A stretch of 64,000 bases of DNA, from the NCBI GenBank assembly GCA_938048735.1, contig CALIUM010000005.1, positions 5,525 to 69,524 of the forward strand. The letters are read 5' to 3'. Source of the stretch: an uncultured archaeon (GTDB taxonomy: Archaea; Thermoproteota; Bathyarchaeia; TCS64). Of the stretch, positions 57,773-64,000 are shown piece by piece (the first letter of the stretch is position 1; each line of letters opens with the position of its first letter). The notes beneath the pieces were generated by a model that worked only from the letters and a program-made list of their open reading frames with translations, made no database searches and was not told the DNA's origin. The position numbers and the translations under genes are program-made.

Positions 57773-59749
57773 TTAGGAGATTATTATTGGAACTATTAAA
57801 AGTGCGGCCATGTTCATCAATTTCATGAATATGTTGAGCGATGGACCAGCAACATCTTTCAGGGGATCTCCAACGGTATCCCCGGTCACGGCCGCCGCAT
57901 GAGTAGGAGTGCCCTTCATCCAGAACTCCCTTTCAATGTGTTTTTTAGCGTTATCCCATATACCCCCTCCGAAGGTGAAGAAGGGGGATAATATGGAGGA
58001 GGAGGTAAGAGCTCCCAAGAGCATGGCGCTTAGAGCATACTTTCCAAGGAGCAGCCCAACTATCATTGGAGCGGCTATCCCTAGCAGCCCTGGAAGGGGC
58101 ATCTGATATAGGGCATATCTGGTGGCTATGTCCACACACCTTGAGTAGTCTGGCCTCTCCCTCCCTTCTAGGATTCCTGGGTGCTCCCTGAATTGTCTTC
58201 TAACCTCTTCAACCACCCTGTAGGCTGTTCTGGCTGTGGCACCTATAGCATAGGAGGAGAAGAGGAATGGGAGGACCCCTCCCAAAAGGACACCTACTAT
58301 AAAGGAGGGGTCTACGGAGAAGGCCTCCAGCCTGACCCCGGTCATCTCGTTAAAGGTTACTAGGATCACGACGGATGAGAAGGCTCCACTCGCTGCGGCG
58401 AAGGCCTTTGTGTAGGCCTTGGTGGTGTTACCCATGGAGTCGAGCTCGGACAGAGCCTCTAGGCTCTTCCTACCTGTCCCAGCCATCTCGGCTATGCCGG
58501 CTGCATTATCGCTTATAGGGCCGAAGGCATCGCCCGACATGATTATACCTGTGGCTAGGTCTGTACCTAGATTGGCTCCGACTATACCATATAGGGAGCC
58601 CCCTGTTATGTGATATGAGAAGAGAATGCTCAAAAGTACCAGAAGTATTGGTATGAAGGGGCTTTGTAATGCATATGATAAACCGGTTATGATGTTTATG
58701 GCCGCTCCATACTCGGATGATCTAGCCACATTTCTAACGGGGAATCTTTCTAATCCCAAGTAATGCTGGGAAACCAGACCGATGATGAGCATGGTCACCA
58801 TGCCACTCAGAACGGAGTAGAAAATCCTCATGTCCCCAAGTAAGAGAATCGAAGAGATGAGGGCTCCAATAGAGCATAAGGCAACGGTAACTATCAGGCT
58901 TATGTTAAAGGATGTCATGGGCTTTATACCTCTCCACCTTCTTGTGATGAGGATCCCTATGATGGTCGAAGATACACCGACGACGCCAAGTGCCAGTGGA
59001 AAAAGAGCCGAATCCCTCCCAAGGGGGTGTAGGAGTAGTGAGCCTAGGAGCATCGCTGTCACGTAGTCGTCGCTTATAGATTCGAAGAGGTCTGAACCTC
59101 TTCCTGCGCAGTCACCAACGTTATCCCCGACCTGGTCAGCTATGACGGCTGGGTTTCTAGGATCATCCTCAGGTATCTTATGCTCTATTTTACCCACCAG
59201 GTCCGCTCCAATGTCTGCAGCCTTTGTGAATATGCCCCCTCCCAACTGGGCGAAGAGGGCTGATAAGCTTGAACCAAAGCCAAAGGCTATTAGAGGGGCT
59301 GGATCCCTAAATAGCCAGACAAGTGTTGAAACTCCTAGGAGGCTTAGTCCCGTCACGGATAATCCCATTATGCCTCCCCCTCTGAAGGCTGTTGAGAAGG
59401 CCTTCGATGGGGATGACATCGCTGCGTATGCTGTCCTCACATTAGCCCTCACCGCTACCACCATACCTATGTAGGCCGAGAGTAGGGATAGGAAGACGCC
59501 TGATAGGAAGGATCCAACATATCTTGGATCTCTCGTAAAGATCCACAGGATGGTTGAAATGAGAAGGGAGAATAGGATTATCGTCCTATACTGCCTTCTG
59601 ATGAAGGCCTTGGCCCCCTCCTCTATAGAACTGGCTATACTGAGCATATGGTCGTCCTCCACTGGCTCCCTTATGATGGAGTAGGCTAGATACGCCATGA
59701 CAGCCATCGCCAATAGGCCTGTAAATATGGGGGCGAAATAGGGATCCAT
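57773..59749 (-). CDS. hppA: membrane-bound proton/sodium-translocating pyrophosphatase
   Basis: 658 aa polytopic protein with V-PPase motifs (GGIWDNAKKHIE, DxVGDNVGD). Confidence 0.9.
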   Translation of the reverse strand: MDPYFAPIFTGLLAMAVMAYLAYSIIREPVEDDHMLSIASSIEEGAKAFIRRQYRTIILFSLLISTILWIFTRDPRYVGSFLSGVFLSLLSAYIGMVVAVRANVRTAYAAMSSPSKAFSTAFRGGGIMGLSVTGLSLLGVSTLVWLFRDPAPLIAFGFGSSLSALFAQLGGGIFTKAADIGADLVGKIEHKIPEDDPRNPAVIADQVGDNVGDCAGRGSDLFESISDDYVTAMLLGSLLLHPLGRDSALFPLALGVVGVSSTIIGILITRRWRGIKPMTSFNISLIVTVALCSIGALISSILLLGDMRIFYSVLSGMVTMLIIGLVSQHYLGLERFPVRNVARSSEYGAAINIITGLSYALQSPFIPILLVLLSILFSYHITGGSLYGIVGANLGTDLATGIIMSGDAFGPISDNAAGIAEMAGTGRKSLEALSELDSMGNTTKAYTKAFAAASGAFSSVVILVTFNEMTGVRLEAFSVDPSFIVGVLLGGVLPFLFSSYAIGATARTAYRVVEEVRRQFREHPGILEGRERPDYSRCVDIATRYALYQMPLPGLLGIAAPMIVGLLLGKYALSAMLLGALTSSSILSPFFTFGGGIWDNAKKHIEREFWMKGTPTHAAAVTGDTVGDPLKDVAGPSLNIFMKLMNMAALLIVPIIIS

Positions 59750-60085
59750 CCCTCAGCCTCCTTAAAGCGAATCGGCGATATGCCACAACTTAATAAGCTT
59801 TATTTTCAGTTCAAGTGGGCCTCCCAGTAGATTTTGTTGTTGGAATTTAACCTTAGATATAAATTTATTTGTTTTTTCTTCGTAAAATTACTTAATTAAT
59901 GTCTTTTTAGTTGACCTCCAACCTTTTGGAGGGTGTCCCAACACCCCATAAAAGCCTCTTTTTCAAACCCTTTCGATCAATAGTTCCGTCTCCGAAGAGG
60001 CATAAATGAACCAAACCCTTTTTCAAACTTCACCTCTATAGAATGATTGCTGATCGATTTGGGCGAGGCCTCCACTTCCAAGGTG

Positions 60086-63000
60086 ATGGAAAGGATCCAA
60101 CTGTGGAAGCAGAGGCTCATCGACCTGAGCATGCGGAACCGCCTGATCTATTTCACCCCCGCAAAGAGCTCCTATATTGGTATATCGACTCCAGACATGA
60201 AGACCATCTTCGAGAGGCTAGTTGTCAAGGGGAAGGGGTGGGAGATCTGGCAGCCTCCAAGGGATGGATGGATGAATGCTTCAAGGTCTACGCGTCCTGG
60301 GAGGAGCCAGCTCGTGCCCCAAACAGATGATCCTCAACTGGTTGAGCGGACCCTGAGGAGCCTCTATAGACGCTCCACATCAGAGTACAGAGAGAGAGGT
60401 GTTAGAATCCTCTACATGACCTTTGGAATGCTCAACTGGAGGGAGGCCGGGTCAGGGGAGGCGATAAGGTCCCCGATACTTCTAGTTCCAATAGAGTTGA
60501 GGAGGGATAACCCCCGCTCACCCTACAGGGTAGAGGTTCCTCCCGTGGAGGAGGAGGTGGTCCTGAATCCTGCCTTAACCCTCAAGCTGAGGTATGATTA
60601 TAAGTTCGAGCTCCCACCCCTCCCGGACTTCGAGGAGGTAGATGTTCTCAGCTACCTCCAAGAGGTTTCAGCCTCCTGTGGGGAGCTGGGGTGGAAGGTG
60701 GAGGGGGAGGTGGGGATCGGGCTCTTCTCCTTTTACAAGTTGGTGATGTACCAAGACCTCTCCGAGAATGCCGATGAGATAGCTAAGAACCCGATCATAT
60801 CAGCTCTAGCTGGGATGCCGAACCCGAAGCTGATAAAGGGCCCTCTCCCTAGGGAGGATGAACTCGACGAGATACTTGAGCCGAAGAAGATGTTCCAAGT
60901 TCTCGACGCCGACAGCAGCCAGCAGCTCTGCATCCAGTATGCTTTGAGGGGCCAGTCCTTCGTCATCCATGGCCCACCAGGCACGGGGAAGAGCCAGACG
61001 ATAGCCAACATCATATCCGAGTTTATAGCCGCTGGGAGGAGTGTCCTATTCGTAAGCGAGAAGATGGCTGCCCTAGAGGTGGTCTACAACAGGCTGAAGG
61101 AGAGGGGGCTGGATGACTTCTGCCTCGAGCTCCACAGCCACAAGGCGAACAAGAGGGAGGTGGTCGCGGAACTTAACAGAGCACTGAACGAGCACCTGAA
61201 GCCAAGGGCTAGGCTATCCGAAGAGGAGCTGGATAGGCTGAAGGAGAGGAGGGACCTCCTCAACAGCTATGTGAAGGCCCTGCATATGGAGAGACCACCC
61301 TTAGGGCTCTCAGCCTTCGAGCTGCTCGGGAGGCTCGCCAAGCTTGAGGATGCTCCATTCATCCCGTCGGAGTATCAGGGACTCAAATCCCTCACCCCCC
61401 AGAAGCTCCAAGAACTGGAGAAATTGGTAAGAGACCTCTCAAATGTGTGGTACATCGCATTAGAGGGGAGGTTTCCATGGAGGGGGTGCAGGGAGGAGGC
61501 CTTCACCTCTGAATCCCGCTCCAGGTGGGCAACCCTACTCAGGCAGCTCCTCGAGGCCTTGGAGGAGCTGGAGGCCATCAGAGGCTACAGCGAGATGCTG
61601 GGCCTAGGTGTCCCGAGAACTCTTGGGGAGCTTGAGAGGTTGAGGGAGATCTCCATCCTGGTTTCGAGCTCCCCTAGGCCCCCAAGAAGATGGCTTGAGG
61701 GGGGAGGGCTGAAAGGGATAGAGGAGGAGGCCCTGAAAAGGCTTGAGGGCTACTCAGAGTATTGGAGGTCTAGGGATAAGCTGATGAAGCTATACAGCCC
61801 AAGCATATTCAGGCTTCCAAGGGGGGTCGCGGATGAGGCTGAGAGGAGATGGGCGAGGGTAAAGGAGTTATTATCTCAGAACACTGATGACGACGTAGAC
61901 CTCCCAAGGCTTAGAGAAGAGTTGGCCCCCTATGTGGAGGCCTTGCCCAGATCGATGGAGGAGTGGAAAACCCAAGCAGCTGAGATAGCCGGCATATTCG
62001 GCCTACAGGTGAAGATCGACTCGATAGAGAAGATAGCCAGAATGGCTGAGCTTGCGAGCCTCTGCGAGGCTAAAAATAGGCCGGAGGCGGAGTGGCTCGA
62101 CATAGAAGGCCTGAAAGAGGCGACGAAGACGATCAGGGAGGCTGAGGGGTTATACCTTCGCAGGGATGGCCTGAAAAAGGATCTGCTGGAGAGATATCAT
62201 GATGATTTTCTAAACCTAGATCCAAAACCCATAATAGATTGGCTCGAGGGGCCGGGCAGCTCCCCATTCAGATACCTTAGACCTCAGTACCACCGGATCA
62301 GGGGGCTCCTCACAAGGATGAGCAGAAGACGGGAGCCTCTGAACAGGATTTTAGAGGATCTAAAGGCCGTTGAGGAGTTGAGAACTCTTGAGGATGAGAT
62401 AGCCTCCCGTCGAGAGGACCTCAGGAGGGTAATGAAGTCATATTACAGGGATCCCACCCCCGACTTCAACTCCGCTGGGGAGGCCCTGAAGAACGCCTGG
62501 AAAGCCCTAAAGATAACGGGGGGAAGGCGGATCCCCCTAGGGGTGGCCCTCAACCTCGCAGCTGGAAGTAGACCCTCAGAGGAGCTTCTACTCACCGGGA
62601 GGAGGCTCAGAGCCGCCCTGAACGAGTGGAGGCTGAGAACCCTAAAGCTGAGGGGCCTCCTCCCATATGGGAAGCTTCCGAATACGGGTAAGCCTCTTAC
62701 AAAGAGCCCCCTTGACATGGTGGCGGAATGGTCATCTGAGCTGGCTAGAAGGTTCTCCTTCCTGGATGAGGTATGCGCCCCAGCATTATCATCGAGGTTC
62801 TCGGATCACCCCCATTCCCTAGCGGAGCTCATCTCCGACTTGAGGGAGGTGGAGGCCCTCCAAGCCTTTGAGGAAGCTGTTGAGGCAGAGTCTGAGGAGG
62901 TTAAAGCTATCTTTGGTAGGCGATATACCGGCATAACGACGGATTGGTCCGCTATACTTGGGGATATAGATTGGTGTAAGAGGCTTCTAAGCATCCTAAA

Positions 63001-64000
63001 GGAGCCCCCACAACCCCTCATAGCCTACATCTCGGATGGAGGGTTCCCTCCTCCCCCCGATCCTGAGATAGGCCCAAGGCTGGAGAGGCTCTACGGCCTG
63101 ATGAAAACCCTTGAAGACGGCTTCACTCAACCCCTATGGGGTAAGGATAGAGGGACCCTAACCCTTGAGGAGATCAGGGGGAAGGTCTCGGAGCTGCGCT
63201 CCAGGCTTGATGAGCTCCAATCCTGGGTTGACTTCAAGAGGATCACGGCGGATCTAGAGGGGAAAGGGCTCGGAGAATTCCTGAGGAGGCTATTAGAACT
63301 CAAGCCCGAGGCCTCGAGGCTGCTGGATGTGTTCCATAAGTCTATTTACAGCGGCCTCATAGACCTCATCTTCCAAGAGGAGCCTATCTTAGGAAGCTTC
63401 AGGGGGCAGAGGCATGAGCAGCTGATAAGGGAGTTTCAGGAGCTGGACCAGAGGTTCATCGCCCTCTCAGCCTCCCGCGTCATAGAGAGGGCAAATGAGC
63501 AGAAGCCTCAGGGGGTCTTCCTACAGGTCCCGGACTCCGAGATAGCCATCCTGAGGAGGGAGGCCCTCAAGAAGAGCCGGCACATGCCCATCCGAAACCT
63601 CTTCGAGAGGATCCCGACCCTCCTCAAGAGGCTTAAACCCTGCCTCCTCATGAGCCCCATCTCGGTGAGCCAGTTCCTCTCTCCAAAGCTCCGCTTCGAC
63701 CTGGTGATCTTCGATGAGGCCTCCCAGATATGCACAGAGGACGCTGTGGGAGCCATCTATAGGGGGGATCAGCTGATCGTGGCCGGTGACAACAAGCAGC
63801 TCCCCCCAACCCCATTCTTCCAGTACTCTTTGGATGAGGATTTCGACTGGGATGAGACATTCGATTACGAGCTCGATGTCTTCGAGAGCGTCCTAGATGA
63901 GTGCCTATCCATAGGGTTGCCCGTGAATATGTTAAGATGGCATTATAGAAGCAGGCATGACTCCCTGATAAACTTCTCAAACGAGAGGTTCTACGAGAGA
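60086..64000 (+). CDS. DUF4011 / Upf1-like superfamily-1 helicase, very large (≥1305 aa; 3' end outside window)
   Basis: Open frame from ATG 60086 to the window end with no stop. N-terminal DUF4011-like LIDLSMRNRLIYF, Walker A GPPGTGKSQT (~61.0 kb), Walker B VIFDEASQI (~63.7 kb), and WHYRSRHDSLINFSN near the end. The six-frame track lists only a short out-of-frame ORF here. Confidence 0.8.
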   Translation, partial: MERIQLWKQRLIDLSMRNRLIYFTPAKSSYIGISTPDMKTIFERLVVKGKGWEIWQPPRDGWMNASRSTRPGRSQLVPQTDDPQLVERTLRSLYRRSTSEYRERGVRILYMTFGMLNWREAGSGEAIRSPILLVPIELRRDNPRSPYRVEVPPVEEEVVLNPALTLKLRYDYKFELPPLPDFEEVDVLSYLQEVSASCGELGWKVEGEVGIGLFSFYKLVMYQDLSENADEIAKNPIISALAGMPNPKLIKGPLPREDELDEILEPKKMFQVLDADSSQQLCIQYALRGQSFVIHGPPGTGKSQTIANIISEFIAAGRSVLFVSEKMAALEVVYNRLKERGLDDFCLELHSHKANKREVVAELNRALNEHLKPRARLSEEELDRLKERRDLLNSYVKALHMERPPLGLSAFELLGRLAKLEDAPFIPSEYQGLKSLTPQKLQELEKLVRDLSNVWYIALEGRFPWRGCREEAFTSESRSRWATLLRQLLEALEELEAIRGYSEMLGLGVPRTLGELERLREISILVSSSPRPPRRWLEGGGLKGIEEEALKRLEGYSEYWRSRDKLMKLYSPSIFRLPRGVADEAERRWARVKELLSQNTDDDVDLPRLREELAPYVEALPRSMEEWKTQAAEIAGIFGLQVKIDSIEKIARMAELASLCEAKNRPEAEWLDIEGLKEATKTIREAEGLYLRRDGLKKDLLERYHDDFLNLDPKPIIDWLEGPGSSPFRYLRPQYHRIRGLLTRMSRRREPLNRILEDLKAVEELRTLEDEIASRREDLRRVMKSYYRDPTPDFNSAGEALKNAWKALKITGGRRIPLGVALNLAAGSRPSEELLLTGRRLRAALNEWRLRTLKLRGLLPYGKLPNTGKPLTKSPLDMVAEWSSELARRFSFLDEVCAPALSSRFSDHPHSLAELISDLREVEALQAFEEAVEAESEEVKAIFGRRYTGITTDWSAILGDIDWCKRLLSILKEPPQPLIAYISDGGFPPPPDPEIGPRLERLYGLMKTLEDGFTQPLWGKDRGTLTLEEIRGKVSELRSRLDELQSWVDFKRITADLEGKGLGEFLRRLLELKPEASRLLDVFHKSIYSGLIDLIFQEEPILGSFRGQRHEQLIREFQELDQRFIALSASRVIERANEQKPQGVFLQVPDSEIAILRREALKKSRHMPIRNLFERIPTLLKRLKPCLLMSPISVSQFLSPKLRFDLVIFDEASQICTEDAVGAIYRGDQLIVAGDNKQLPPTPFFQYSLDEDFDWDETFDYELDVFESVLDECLSIGLPVNMLRWHYRSRHDSLINFSNERFYER

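Noticed and set aside
60043-60330. 95 aa ORF listed at the start of the terminal region
   Set aside because: It is in a different frame from the >3.9 kb uninterrupted helicase frame that begins at 60086 and has clear SF1 motifs, so the short ORF is an overlapping chance frame.

Overview
This 64 kb window looks like archaeal chromosome. The evidence is BRE/TATA-type promoters, a tRNA with an intron at the canonical 37/38 position, archaeal-type CoaD, split LplA/LplB, and a cdhABCDE operon. Coding is dense, with about 65 genes on both strands and four tRNA genes plus one partial tRNA copy. Base composition is GC-rich with three to four clearly AT-rich patches.

The core content is as follows.
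- Carbon metabolism: a complete acetyl-CoA decarbonylase/synthase operon (cdhA-cdhB-cdhC-cdhD-cdhE-cooC, minus strand, 5.9-13.8 kb), together with F420/H4MPT genes (mer, cofE, an FmdE-domain protein). This indicates an archaeal Wood-Ljungdahl pathway.
- Central and cofactor metabolism: CoA biosynthesis (coaBC, coaD), HMG-CoA reductase, dCMP deaminase, ThyX, split lipoate ligase (lplA/lplB), glycine cleavage (gcvH, gcvT), succinyl-CoA synthetase (sucCD), RpiA, and a membrane H+-pyrophosphatase.
- Stress and metal genes: Hsp20, rubrerythrin, a ZIP transporter, ACR3 and a NikR-like regulator.

The features worth a second look are these.
- A eukaryote-type topoisomerase IB with a lysine-rich linker.
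- An AT-rich roughly 5 kb island beside tRNA-Leu(CAG). It is bounded by a roughly 35 bp partial-tRNA direct repeat and carries an MgtA-like P-type ATPase with an extra C-terminal domain and a DGC-domain gene.
- A very large (more than 1300 aa, truncated by the window end) DUF4011/Upf1-like SF1 helicase that could be a defense gene.
- An uncharacterised six-gene membrane-protein cluster directly downstream of the ACDS operon.
- A split or duplicated thyX.
- A TnpB remnant.
- A candidate C/D-box sRNA.

No CRISPR array, integrase or intact IS was found.
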